Below, in pieces: positions 28,660 to 38,854 of a stretch of DNA of 64,000 bases (position 1 is the first letter of the stretch; the number at the start of each line of letters is the position of its first letter). Source of the DNA: Candidatus Argoarchaeum ethanivorans (GTDB taxonomy: Archaea; Halobacteriota; Methanosarcinia; Methanosarcinales; EX4572-44); NCBI GenBank assembly GCA_004193545.1, contig RPGO01000009.1:15166-79165 (forward strand). The letters are read 5' to 3'. A program made the position numbers and the translations under genes. The notes under the pieces were generated by a model. The model saw only the letters and a program-made list of their open reading frames with translations, ran no database searches and had not been told where the DNA came from.

Positions 28660-29556
28660 ATGGACATGGAAAAACTTCGACATGGGACGGAATTAATAAA
28701 ACGCGGCTTTGCAAAAATGCAGAAAGGCGGTGTGATAATGGACGTTACAAACAAAGAGCAGGCACGCATTGCTGAAGAAGCTGGTGCTGTTGCTGTCATG
28801 GCACTCCAGGCCGTACCGGCTGATATACGTAAAGAAGGTGGAGTCGCACGAATGGCGGATCCGGAAATAATAAAGTCAATTATCGACGAGGTAACCATTC
28901 CTGTAATGGCAAAAACAAGAATAGGGCACTTTGTAGAGGCAGAAATACTCCAGGCGATTGGCGTGGACATGGTGGATGAGTCAGAAGTTTTGACGCCAGC
29001 CGATGAAATGTATCATATTGATAAAACAGGATTTACGATACCTTTTGTTTGCGGTGCACGAAACCTTGGAGAAGCTCTGCGGCGCATAAACGAAGGTGCA
29101 GCAATGATACGCACTAAAGGTGAGGCAGGCACAGGAGATGTAAAAGAGGCAGTGCGTCATACGAAGCAGATTACAGGTGAAATCCGTGCTCTTGCAAGTA
29201 AAAACAAAGAAGAACTGATCAAAGCAGCACGAGAGATGGAAGCACCCATTGAATTAGTAGTTGAAACAGCAAAGCTTCAGCGCCTGCCAGTGGTAAACTT
29301 TGCAGCAGGTGGCATAGCAACACCAGCAGATGCTGCAATGATGATGCAGCTTGGAGTAGATGGCATATTTGTAGGCTCCGGCATCTTCAAATCAGAAAAT
29401 CCTGAAAAAATGGCAAAATCTATTGTTGAAGCAGTAAACAACTACGACAAGCCAGAAATGCTTGCAGAGATCTCAAAAGGAATTGGAAACCCGATGAAAG
29501 GGGTGGACACAGCAACAATACCAGAATCAGAGATACTTCAAACACGTGGATGGTAA
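28660..29556 (+). CDS. pdxS: Pyridoxal 5'-phosphate synthase subunit PdxS
   Basis: [52 protein letters not shown]. Confidence 0.95.
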   Translation: MDMEKLRHGTELIKRGFAKMQKGGVIMDVTNKEQARIAEEAGAVAVMALQAVPADIRKEGGVARMADPEIIKSIIDEVTIPVMAKTRIGHFVEAEILQAIGVDMVDESEVLTPADEMYHIDKTGFTIPFVCGARNLGEALRRINEGAAMIRTKGEAGTGDVKEAVRHTKQITGEIRALASKNKEELIKAAREMEAPIELVVETAKLQRLPVVNFAAGGIATPADAAMMMQLGVDGIFVGSGIFKSENPEKMAKSIVEAVNNYDKPEMLAEISKGIGNPMKGVDTATIPESEILQTRGW

Positions 29557-29749
29557 ACATTATAAGGTATGCATTTTGAACCTTTTATCTCAAAACGTTT
29601 CGTGAGATTAATATAGCTGCATAAAAAACCACGAGATTTACCGTGATTATAGTCTTCAGTAAAACTAAATTCAAAATCGCGAGATTGGAACACCTGTATA
29701 CAACGCAAGCAGAAATAATGAACTTTGACAATCAAAGTAGCAATAATTT

Positions 29750-29768
29750 TTGATTACGTAGTAATCAA
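29750..29768. repeat. Isolated REP-like hairpin
   Basis: TTGATTAC-GTA-GTAATCAA, a perfect 8-bp stem of the GATTAC stem family. Confidence 0.6.
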
Positions 29769-29821
29769 GATACCAAAAATTAGAACAATTTGAAGTGTTT
29801 TAAGGGCAGAGGCTTGCAGTT

Positions 29822-30304
29822 ATGAAGCTATACCAATACTACAAAAAAAACCAGTTGCTTAAAATGGCAGAGAAAGAAAAGGCAGAATATCTTGAGTACA
29901 TAAAAAGACTTCAGGCTGAGTTTGAGAACTATAAAAAAAGAGTAGCTCGAGAGCAGGAAGAATTTGTTAAATATGCAAATGAAAAACTTATCAGAGAACT
30001 GATAGATGTTTATGAGAACCTCGATCGCGCACTTAAAAATTGCAGTGATGATAAAAACGAGGAGTTGGCTAAAGGATTGAACATTGTATACAAACAATTA
30101 ACTGACATCCTGACGAAAACGGGACTGTCAAGGATAAAAGCGGAAGGTGAGCAGTTTGACCACAATCTACATGAAGCATTGATGCAAACCGTAACCGATG
30201 AAGTTACAGAGGATACGGTACTTGAAGAACTGCAACAGGGATACATGCTTCATGGAAAAGTACTGCGCCATTCAATGGTGCGGATTTCAAAACATTCAGA
30301 ATAA
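29822..30304 (+). CDS. grpE: Nucleotide exchange factor GrpE
   Basis: LQAEFENYKKRVAREQEE and a C-terminal beta domain. Upstream of dnaK. Alternative start at 29864. Confidence 0.9.
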   Translation: MKLYQYYKKNQLLKMAEKEKAEYLEYIKRLQAEFENYKKRVAREQEEFVKYANEKLIRELIDVYENLDRALKNCSDDKNEELAKGLNIVYKQLTDILTKTGLSRIKAEGEQFDHNLHEALMQTVTDEVTEDTVLEELQQGYMLHGKVLRHSMVRISKHSE

Positions 30305-30336
30305 ATTAATTTTATAAATATGAGGTGAATAAAAAT

Positions 30337-32208
30337 ATGTCTAAGATAATAGGAATCGATTTAGGTACAAGTAACTCGGCAGCAGCAGCATTAATAGGTG
30401 GAAAACCTACTATTATTCCGAGTGCGGAAGGTACCACAGTTGGTGGAGGAAAAGCCTTCCCGTCTGTTGTAGCCTTCACAAAAAAAGGAGAGCTCTTGGT
30501 AGGAGAGCCAGCGCGCAGACAAGCAGTAAGCAATCCTGAACGCACAATTACTGCAATTAAACGAAAAATGGGAACAGACTACAAAGTAACAATTGGCAAT
30601 AAAAAACACACACCACAGGAAATCTCATCTTTCATCCTGCAAAAAATAAAAAAAGATGCTGAAGCGTTTCTTGGAGAAAAAGTGGAAAAAGCGGTAATAA
30701 CCGTTCCGGCATACTTTAATGATAACCAGAGACAGGCAACAAAGGATGCAGGAAAAATAGCAGGACTGGATGTAGTACGAATCATCAATGAGCCGACAGC
30801 AGCTTCGCTTTCTTATGGGTTGGAAAAATCTGCTGAAATGAAAATACTTGTCTTTGACTTTGGTGGGGGAACACTGGATGTAACCATAATGGAACTTGGA
30901 GATGGTGTATTCGAAGTAATATCAACATCCGGTGACACACAACTTGGCGGAACAGACATGGATGAGAAACTCATCAACTACATCGCTGGGGAATTTAAAA
31001 AAGAACATGGTATTGACCTGAGAAAAGACAAAATGGCAGTGCAGAGACTGAAAGATGCTTCAGAAAAAGCAAAGATAGAGCTTTCATCTGCAATGAGCAC
31101 AAGCATCAACCTGCCATTCATAACTGCTGATGCCAATGGACCAAAGCACCTTGAGATGGAAATTACAAGAGCAAAACTTGAAGAAATTGTGAAAGACGTG
31201 GTTGATAAGTGTGAAGGATCGATCACACAGGTTCTTGGTGATGCCAAATTACAACCATCAGATATTAATAAAATCATCATGGTCGGTGGACCCACGCGCA
31301 TGCCAATCGTACAAAAATTTGTAGAAGGCGTTATAGGCAAACCAATCGAAAGTGGTGTTGACCCAATGGAATGTGTTGCATTCGGGGCAGCCATACAGGG
31401 CGGAGTGCTTGCAGGTGAAGTAAAAGACATCGTACTTCTTGATGTTACACCACTGACACTTGGAATTGAAACACTTGGTGGAGTAAGGACAGCATTAATC
31501 GACAGAAACACGACCATACCAACAAAGAAGAACGAAATATTCTCAACAGCAGCAGACAGCCAGACAAGCGTGGATATTCATGTGCTCCAAGGAGAGCGAC
31601 CAATGGCTGCCGACAATATATCACTTGGAAGGTTTACACTCGTGGGAATACCAATGGCGCCACGAGGTATGCCGCAGATAGACGTCACCTTTGATATTGA
31701 CTCAAACGGCATACTTCATGTGACAGCAAAGGACCTTGGAACAGGTAAATCACAGGATATGACTATTTCAGCACCGCTTAAGATGTCGGAAGACGAAATC
31801 GATGGAAAAATAAAAGATGCAGAGGAGCATGCGAAAGAAGACGAGAAACGAAAAGAGTTAATAGAGATCAAAAATCAGGCAGACTCTCTTGTGTATACAA
31901 CAGAAAAAACCATCAGTGAACTTGGCGAAAAGGTTCCAGAAGACCAGAAAACAAAAGCCGAAGACGCTGTAAAAAAGCTCAAAGATGCGATTAAAACCGA
32001 CGATGTAGACACAATAAAGTCAGCAATAGAAGAACTTACAAAAGAAATGCACGCACTGAGTCAGATTCTTTACCAGCAAGCACAGGAAGAACAAGCACAG
32101 CAGCAGCAAGCGCAGGAAGAGCAGGCACCAGAAACCGAAAGTACAAAAACCGGTGATGAAGAAAAGGTGGTTGATGTTGACTACGAAGAGGTGGATAACA
32201 ACAAGTAA
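30337..32208 (+). CDS. dnaK: Molecular chaperone DnaK (Hsp70)
   Basis: [34 protein letters not shown]. Start at [10 protein letters not shown]. Confidence 0.97.
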   Translation: MSKIIGIDLGTSNSAAAALIGGKPTIIPSAEGTTVGGGKAFPSVVAFTKKGELLVGEPARRQAVSNPERTITAIKRKMGTDYKVTIGNKKHTPQEISSFILQKIKKDAEAFLGEKVEKAVITVPAYFNDNQRQATKDAGKIAGLDVVRIINEPTAASLSYGLEKSAEMKILVFDFGGGTLDVTIMELGDGVFEVISTSGDTQLGGTDMDEKLINYIAGEFKKEHGIDLRKDKMAVQRLKDASEKAKIELSSAMSTSINLPFITADANGPKHLEMEITRAKLEEIVKDVVDKCEGSITQVLGDAKLQPSDINKIIMVGGPTRMPIVQKFVEGVIGKPIESGVDPMECVAFGAAIQGGVLAGEVKDIVLLDVTPLTLGIETLGGVRTALIDRNTTIPTKKNEIFSTAADSQTSVDIHVLQGERPMAADNISLGRFTLVGIPMAPRGMPQIDVTFDIDSNGILHVTAKDLGTGKSQDMTISAPLKMSEDEIDGKIKDAEEHAKEDEKRKELIEIKNQADSLVYTTEKTISELGEKVPEDQKTKAEDAVKKLKDAIKTDDVDTIKSAIEELTKEMHALSQILYQQAQEEQAQQQQAQEEQAPETESTKTGDEEKVVDVDYEEVDNNK

Positions 32209-32361
32209 CATTCACCTATATATTTTATTTACAAAAATAAAAATCGCTGTTAATGGGATTTTGGGTGCTGGATTCACTGGTCATCTTTGTTTACCAATGA
32301 CAACGGCTGTTTCACCGGGTTTTGGATTGATATGACAATAAAAAAAATAAATTAAAGGTAG

Positions 32362-32879
32362 ATGTCTAATATAAATAAACCTGAAGTTACGTTATGGATA
32401 TTAAAATGGCAACATTTTCTTTCTAATTTTTTCCATTTAAAAATAGTTGCATCACTATTTATATTTTATGTTCCAATAATTATTACAGGTTACATATTAC
32501 AAACAATTTACAATTATAGAATTTTTACTTTAAATATCCATGTAGCTCTCCTGTGGATTGGAATGGCTCCATATATTATCGAGAATGCTTTCAATTATAT
32601 AAATGACTTCTTTTATAGAAATAAGATTATTTTTTTAAACAAAGATGAGTGGAAAGCACTCTATTTCTATGAAATGAAACGAATTCAAACTTCTAAATAT
32701 TTTTTACAGTTTGGATTGCCATGGGGAATAATAACCTCTTTTGTACTTTCGTATTGTCTTTATAATAATGCTCCCATAATTATTCAATTTTGGTCTATAA
32801 TTTCATTTTTTATACTTTTTTTTGTTTCAGCAATTGGTTTTGTTGGTATTTTATTATTAATTTCAATATTAAATAATTT
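32362..32879 (+). pseudogene. AT-rich multi-TM membrane ORF interrupted near its 3' end by an IS
   Basis: Hydrophobic ORF. The frame continues at 34244-34329 once the IS and one ATTT copy are removed. Confidence 0.45.
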
Positions 32880-34239
32880 GGGACCAGTATCAATTTGGGG
32901 CACTGGGGATCTGACCGAAAAATCCAGTAACACTGGTGCGGATCCGGAACACACAACAACACATGCCCAAAACCGTCGCCTACGAGATTATCTGCCAGAT
33001 TGTGTTCACCATAATATCCAGGTTCTTATCAACCCATGACTGGCGATTCTTCTTTATTCTCTGTCCAACGATCCCCATGAGTTTTTCAACATGATTGTTG
33101 GTGTCATGAATCTGTATTACTCTTGTTGTCAATTCTGCGAAGAGGGTTACTTTGCCAGCAGTCCTGAGAATAAATTTGGCAGTAGTGCTGTCTTTGTTCC
33201 TTGATAGCAACTCATTGGCGATTAATAGCAACTCTTTTTGGGTCTTATCGATCCTCCACTCGAGTCTTGCAAAATCGTGATCTATTCTGTGCTTTTTCAC
33301 CGAATTCTTCAACGTAGAAATTATTCTGCTTATCTCCTTTTTGAGCTTCATTCGCTCACCTTTTGGATATTGCTCTTTCCACAGGTAATACATTGATGTT
33401 TTGACAAAATGATTCGTGCATTGCTGTACTTTGTAGCCATACCCTTCCAGATGCCGCTGTAAGTTTTCGTCACCGTCGCAGATGGCATATACTTCATCAG
33501 AAATGTTGTAATTATCCCTGATGTGGGATAGGGCCTCTGACCAGTTCTTGACCGCACCCAGGTATAGAAGAAACGCTTCCCCGCTTTCCAAATCGAGCCC
33601 CAACGCTCCTTTGATGCTGGGACGACCGCCAGACCTTCGTTTCGATTTGGTGTCATCTATGCTTATAGCACCGATCGTTTGGTAGTTGTATTGCGAATAA
33701 ATTGGATTTCTTGCAGGGAGTACATTGCTTTCGTAAAATATCTTCTTTAACTTAAAAGAACTCACTTTGATACCCTGTAAGATGTCAATCAGAAAAGATG
33801 CCTCCGAAAACGAGACTATTGTGCACAGATATTTCCATGAAGGGTAGTGTATGAAATCCAGCAAATTTTTATTTCGGTTGTGCAGATAAGGTATTATGAA
33901 CGTTTTTTCCCCGCTTCATCGAGTGTTCTCTTTGCATGGAAATTAAATTCAAAATGGGGTGTTTTGATATGTATTTTTTTGCTCCCCCTCCTTATTTCCA
34001 CTTGTTGTGCCATATCGTCCTGTAAACTATCGAGATATTTCCTTGCCGCCTGCTCGCAGGTGTCTTGGGCAAGAGTCTCCCGTTCGAGGTCTTCTATGCT
34101 GTTGACTCTGTCATCGTTGATGTCAACAACGATTGTCAGTTTTCGTTCAGACATGTACGATTGAACTGGCGGCATTTTTATTAAGACTTGTTACGAATCA
34201 CATGGGAATGAATACTGTGCCCTAGTAAAAACTGGTCCC
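32880..34239 (-). mobile_element. Insertion sequence (1360 bp) with imperfect ~26-bp terminal inverted repeats
   Basis: IRL is GGGACCAGTATCAATTTGGGGCAC (from 32880). The reverse complement of IRR is GGGACCAGTTTTTACTAGGGCAC (ending 34239). The first 9 nt are identical. ATTT flanks both sides (32876-32879 and 34240-34243). Confidence 0.75.
32980..34175 (-). CDS. DDE-type transposase (possibly ISLre2/UPF0236-like) in two frames
   Basis: ORFs 33894-34175 and 32980-33864. The -1 frame is open from the A6 run (minus strand, 33903-33908) into the second ORF (…DEAGKK/TFIIPYLHNRNKNLLDFIHYP). ICDGDENL and CTNHF motifs. Family assignment is uncertain. Confidence 0.55.
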
Positions 34240-34456
34240 ATTTTATTAGAACGGAACAATATGGCTCACATTTCAAATGTACTATCAAAGCCAATGATAA
34301 AGAATTTCAAATCATGAGCATAAACTAAGATGCCTCAGACAGAGCATATCGCCGTCTGATGTCATTGATTTCATTCCCTTTCAAATTCGATGCAGAACGG
34401 CTTTATATTGTTTTATAACCTGTTTCTCTAATATGCTTAAAGGCGATTAAGCGCGT

Positions 34457-35623
34457 TCAACTCGTTATTTTTTTCCCATCAGAACTGCTAAATACATCGC
34501 TTGCTGCATTCACACCATCACCAATCCGCGTAATCACCTGATATTCCTTGAGCACCACTTCAAGTGTTTGTATGGTTGTAAGAATGTCACGTTCTGTAAA
34601 GTTACCCATTGCACCAATTCTAAAAATGCTGCCTGAAAGATGCTCCTGCCCGCCCGAGATCTGGACCTTTCGTTTAAGCATTCCATCTCTTAGCTTTTTA
34701 TCATTGATGCCTTCTGGCAAAAACATAGCAGTAACAGTGTTAGAATACTCACTAATCTCGTTTAGGCTTGGAAATGGCTTTATCCCCAGTGCTTCTGCTG
34801 CTGCCCTGATGGCTGCTGCTGCCATTTTATGTCGCTTCCTGCGTGCATCTATCCCCTCCTCGTTACTGACGTTGAGAGCTTCTTCAAGAGCACAAAAAAG
34901 GGAGACTGCTGGCGTGTATGGCGTTTGTGTAATCTCTTTTGCAGAAGATTTTCGATATGCATTCAAATCCGCATAATAAGGTGGTTGATCAACAATGGCG
35001 TCCCATGCAGCACCACCTACTGAAATGGCTGAAAGCCCTGGCGGTGCACCAAGACATTTTTGTGAGCCGACAAGAGCAATATCAACTCCCCACTCATCAA
35101 CCAGTACGGTATCGCCGCCAATTGAAGTGACCCCATCCATTATAAATAGAGCATCGTATTGATGAGCAAGCTTACTTACTTCCTTTGCAGGATTTTTTAT
35201 ACCGGTGGAAGTTTCATTGTGCACCATTGTCACAGCCTTTGCACCATCTGATAAAGCATTTTCTACTTTATCAAGTTCTATCGATGTACCCCACTCGAAT
35301 GTAACTGGTTTTACTTTTCCATATCGTTCTGCAATGAGTCTGAACCGTTCGCCAAACTTTCCATTTTCAATAGTAACGACTGTATCATTTCGTCCAATGA
35401 TGTTTCCAACCGCAGCCTCCATCGCACAGGTACCACTGCCACTCATTACAAAAATATCGTTTGCTGTTTGAAACAGTTCTTTCAGTGTTTTCTGGCATTC
35501 CTCGTAGATTCTGCCAAATTCCTTGCTCCGATGACCAATCATGGGGCGGCTCATTGCTCGTAGTATGCGAGGCAGCACCTGGACAGGTCCTGGTATCATA
35601 AGAAGTGTGCTTTCGTCTTCCAT
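34457..35623 (-). CDS. Class V PLP-dependent aminotransferase (serine-pyruvate / alanine-glyoxylate type)
   Basis: LMIPGPV N-terminus, HNETSTG, and the lysine region VGSQKCLG. 388 aa. Confidence 0.85.
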   Translation of the reverse strand: MEDESTLLMIPGPVQVLPRILRAMSRPMIGHRSKEFGRIYEECQKTLKELFQTANDIFVMSGSGTCAMEAAVGNIIGRNDTVVTIENGKFGERFRLIAERYGKVKPVTFEWGTSIELDKVENALSDGAKAVTMVHNETSTGIKNPAKEVSKLAHQYDALFIMDGVTSIGGDTVLVDEWGVDIALVGSQKCLGAPPGLSAISVGGAAWDAIVDQPPYYADLNAYRKSSAKEITQTPYTPAVSLFCALEEALNVSNEEGIDARRKRHKMAAAAIRAAAEALGIKPFPSLNEISEYSNTVTAMFLPEGINDKKLRDGMLKRKVQISGGQEHLSGSIFRIGAMGNFTERDILTTIQTLEVVLKEYQVITRIGDGVNAASDVFSSSDGKKITS

Positions 35624-35689
35624 ATCAATATCTCCATTAAAGTATTACAATCATACAGACAACCTTGGCATGTATAGTTTACTATTTAC
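35571..35689. repeat. Direct repeat copy 1: 5' end plus upstream region of the class V aminotransferase gene
   Basis: Near-identical to 38660-38779. The differences are a few substitutions and a 2-nt indel. Confidence 0.9.
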
Positions 35690-35848
35690 CTTAACTCCGA
35701 ACGAATAGGGAATAGGTATCATCTGAATATCCTGTAATATCTTTTCTATCACAGGTGCGAGCGTGAAAAACTAAAACGAAACGTATATATACCAAGTCAT
35801 TCCTGTAAAAGGTACTGGATTTATAACAAATAAAATGGAGTTGATAAG

Positions 35849-36514
35849 ATGCATTTATCAGATGGTATATTGGCACCAGAATGGTGTTTGGTATGGTTTG
35901 CAATCGCAATATCCTTTATTGCGGTTGGGGTATGGCAGATAAAAAAAGGCACAAAAGAAAACGCATCGTACCTGCCGATGCTTGCAATGATGGGCGCTGT
36001 GGTCTTCGTAATCTCGGTCTGGCACATTCCAGTCCCGGTATCAGGATCGTGCTCACACCCGATAGGAACGCCGATGTCAGCGATAATCGCTGGTCCTTTT
36101 CCAACCGTGGTACTGGGTGCAATTGCACTGTTCTTCCAGGCGTTTTTTGGACACGGTGGACTCACAACGCTCGGTGCGAATGTAGTGTCAATGGGAATCG
36201 TGGGGGGATTCAGTGGTTATCTCCTCTACGTACTACTGAGGAAGGTGAACTTGCCTTTATGGCTTGCTGCTGGGATGGCAGGATTCGTAGGGGATGTATT
36301 ATGTTATCTAACGACAGCACTCCAACTCGCATTGTCGCTCAATCCGGGTTCAGTGCTCTCACACTGGGCGATCTATACGGTAGGATACATGCCGACACAG
36401 TTGCCACTTGCAGTTGCAGAGTTTGTGTTCACCGCAGGCATTGTGCAGTATATTGCAGATAGAAGGCCGGATCTTCTGGCGAAGAAGTTGTGGGGGGGTG
36501 TTTCAAGTGATTGA
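35849..36514 (+). CDS. cbiM: ECF cobalt/nickel transporter substrate-capture component CbiM
   Basis: MHLSDGIL N-terminus and a multi-TM body. Followed by cbiN, cbiQ and cbiO. Confidence 0.9.
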   Translation: MHLSDGILAPEWCLVWFAIAISFIAVGVWQIKKGTKENASYLPMLAMMGAVVFVISVWHIPVPVSGSCSHPIGTPMSAIIAGPFPTVVLGAIALFFQAFFGHGGLTTLGANVVSMGIVGGFSGYLLYVLLRKVNLPLWLAAGMAGFVGDVLCYLTTALQLALSLNPGSVLSHWAIYTVGYMPTQLPLAVAEFVFTAGIVQYIADRRPDLLAKKLWGGVSSD

Positions 36515-36800
36515 CCGATTTACAAAGACAGCGTTGGTTTTGCTGGTAGTAATAACTGCGATCATCCTTATCATTGCGTATCTTGGCTATATAGGCGATC
36601 AGGGGAAGATGAAGGGAATAGGACCTATAGTGGAAAAACAGGCGGCGAGCACTGTTACAAATGTTGCGCCTGTATCGCTCGTTCCCGCAATTACTGATTT
36701 TGTAGGAAAGTTCTGGGGCTTCACAATCGCGGGAATTGTTGCAGGCTTCATAGTCGGCTATTTATGGACGGGGCTATTTAGGAGGCGAGAGGATGCTTGA
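36507..36800 (+). CDS. cbiN: Cobalt transport protein CbiN
   Basis: About 97 aa with two terminal TM segments. GTG 36507 overlaps the cbiM stop. The upstream part of ORF 36408-36800 overlaps cbiM. Confidence 0.7.
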   Translation: MIDRFTKTALVLLVVITAIILIIAYLGYIGDQGKMKGIGPIVEKQAASTVTNVAPVSLVPAITDFVGKFWGFTIAGIVAGFIVGYLWTGLFRRREDA

Positions 36801-36912
36801 ATGGCTAGTGGCGGGCCCGTTATTAGGAATCGGAACAACGATAGGGTTCTTCGTTTTCCTGATCATTGGGCATTATATATGTGAGTGGAGATTAAAATCG
36901 GAAATGATGTAG
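36793..36912 (+). CDS. Unannotated 39-aa single-TM micro-ORF between cbiN and cbiQ
   Basis: MLEWLVAGPLLGIGTTIGFFVFLIIGHYICEWRLKSEMM. AGGAGG at 36780-36785 lies 7 nt upstream. The ATG overlaps the cbiN stop (ATGCTTGA). Confidence 0.45.
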   Translation: MLEWLVAGPLLGIGTTIGFFVFLIIGHYICEWRLKSEMM

Positions 36913-36923
36913 AATGACAGACG

Positions 36924-37739
36924 ATGCGGCTCATTAATTATGTCCAGGAAGTGGACTTTGAGCGGTTAGTAGTTGGCAGTAGTTCGGCTATCCACCGACT
37001 TGATGCACGAGTAAAGCTCATAGGTGCTTTTGCGTTGATATTCTGCATCATTTCGATGAAGCACCCCCTCATCCCCCTCTTTATTTTTTGCGCTGCTACA
37101 CTTATCTGTTTTGGTATTAAAATGCCACAGAGGACATATCTAAAAAGGCTGGTTCTCCTTCCGTTCTCTGTTGCAACTGTCGTGCTTGTCGTTGTCATAT
37201 TCACTTACGGCGGTGAGCATCAAGTCGCATCCTTCTTCGGACTGCCAATCTACCATGAATCGTGCTCGTTTGCTGTTTTGCTTTTCGCCAGGATAATTGC
37301 ATCGATTTCCGTATTGAGCGTTTTTGTAGCTACTACCCAGGTGTTAGAGGTGACGGAAACAATGCAGTGGTTCAAGGTGCCAAAGGTCATGGTTGACCTC
37401 GCAGTGATGATGCTGCGCTATATCCATCTGCTGTCCGTAGAAAGTGTAAAGATGTACAGAGCACAAGCGTCAAGATGCGGCTTCTCCCAGCAAATAGGCT
37501 ATAAACAAAAGCTGAAGAATCTTAGTACCATCGCAGGTTCGCTCATCTTGAGGGCATTAAAACGTGGTGAACGCGTATATGCCGCAATGCTATCACGCGG
37601 ATATACCGTAGATTCACATCTTACAGAAATTGAACCGTTATCCATCAAAAACGCTCTTTTATGTGTTATACTTATCGTGATTTCGGTACTACTTGTAATT
37701 GTTGACCGTATATGGTTAGGAGCGGGGACCAACTTATGA
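36924..37739 (+). CDS. cbiQ: ECF transporter transmembrane (T) component CbiQ
   Basis: 271-aa multi-TM protein, with position and length typical of CbiQ. Confidence 0.85.
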   Translation: MRLINYVQEVDFERLVVGSSSAIHRLDARVKLIGAFALIFCIISMKHPLIPLFIFCAATLICFGIKMPQRTYLKRLVLLPFSVATVVLVVVIFTYGGEHQVASFFGLPIYHESCSFAVLLFARIIASISVLSVFVATTQVLEVTETMQWFKVPKVMVDLAVMMLRYIHLLSVESVKMYRAQASRCGFSQQIGYKQKLKNLSTIAGSLILRALKRGERVYAAMLSRGYTVDSHLTEIEPLSIKNALLCVILIVISVLLVIVDRIWLGAGTNL

Positions 37740-38584
37740 AATGTGCAGTAAACGTATCAGACTTATTTTATACATATCCAGACGGAACAGAAGCGTTGAA
37801 AGGCATTAACTTTAGGGTAATGGAAGGTGAGAGAGTAGCGGTTATTGGCTCGAATGGATGTGGTAAATCCACACTATTCTACCATTTTAATGGCTTGTTT
37901 TTACCTACGAAAGGCACGGTTCTTATCAACGAAGAAGAGATAACAAAGAAGAATTTAGATAAGATAAGGATGACAGTAGGATTTGTATTTCAGGACCCGG
38001 ACGATCAGTTGTTCGCGCCGACAGTGTGGGCAGATGTTGCATTCGGACCGAGGAACATGGGCCTTTCAAAACGCGAAGTAGCCGAGCGGGTAGATGATGT
38101 GTTGAATATGCTGAGAATAGCAGATTTGAAAGATAAGAGTCCGGATAATCTTAGTGGAGGACAGAAGCGATTGGTTTCAATCGCAGGGGTTCTTGCAATG
38201 AATCCGAAAATCATCGTGCTGGACGAACCCACGTCTAATTTAGACCCACGCACGTCAAGCAGTGTGATGCACCTTTTGGTGGATTTGAGCAGAAGGATGA
38301 ATATCGCATTGATTATCGCCACTCATGATGTAGACGCGGTACCGCAATATGCGGACAAAATATATGTGATGCACAGGGGGCGGTTCGTGGCAGAAGGCAC
38401 ACCAGAAGCGGTCTTTTCTGATTCTTCTGTCATAAAAGAATCACAATTGAGACTTCCGCGGATTGCGCATTTGATGGAGATTCTACATAAAGAGGACAAG
38501 TTGCCGATACAAAATCCGTATCCGTTGACTATTAGAGCGGCGAGAAGTGAAATAATGAGATTGATGAGGGGGGATGAGAAATAA
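37736..38584 (+). CDS. cbiO: ECF transporter ATPase CbiO
   Basis: Walker A GSNGCGKST. LSGGQKRLVSIAG signature. Walker B IIVLDEPT. ATG 37736 overlaps the cbiQ stop. Confidence 0.92.
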   Translation: MKCAVNVSDLFYTYPDGTEALKGINFRVMEGERVAVIGSNGCGKSTLFYHFNGLFLPTKGTVLINEEEITKKNLDKIRMTVGFVFQDPDDQLFAPTVWADVAFGPRNMGLSKREVAERVDDVLNMLRIADLKDKSPDNLSGGQKRLVSIAGVLAMNPKIIVLDEPTSNLDPRTSSSVMHLLVDLSRRMNIALIIATHDVDAVPQYADKIYVMHRGRFVAEGTPEAVFSDSSVIKESQLRLPRIAHLMEILHKEDKLPIQNPYPLTIRAARSEIMRLMRGDEK

Positions 38585-38659
38585 TCAGAGCATAAAAGGA
38601 AAATACTGAATGGTGACAGAGATAAATAACATCATTGCCGCCGGTGTACTTGAAGGTGA

Positions 38660-38779
38660 GGCAGCACCTGAACAGGTCCTGGTATCATAAGAAGTGTGCT
38701 TTCGTCTTCCATATCAACGTGTCTCCATTAAAGTATTATAATTATACAAACAACCTTGGCATGTATAGTTTACTATTTA
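38660..38779. repeat. Direct repeat copy 2: orphan duplicate of the aminotransferase 5' end and promoter
   Basis: The minus strand reads MEDESTLLMIPGPVQVLP and then diverges. The rest of the gene is absent here. Confidence 0.9.
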
Positions 38780-38854
38780 GTTATATCCAGGTAATCACGT
38801 TAACTTTATTTGTAATTGGTTAGTTAACATCGTAGGACAAGAGGTTGATATACT

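Noticed and set aside
35725-35848. Possible cobalamin riboswitch upstream of cbiM.
   Set aside because: I could find no B12-box-like sequence or the conserved helices. Riboswitches of this class are not expected in archaea. The region instead starts with an IS-end-like repeat.
35881-36462. 193-aa ORF overlapping cbiM in another frame.
   Set aside because: It lies entirely inside the well-supported cbiM frame. It is Arg/Cys-rich and low-complexity, typical of an out-of-frame shadow ORF.
38635-38823. 62-aa plus-strand ORF after cbiO.
   Set aside because: It lies on the duplicated aminotransferase 5' end and promoter segment (antisense of the MEDESTLL fragment). It has no RBS or coding signal.
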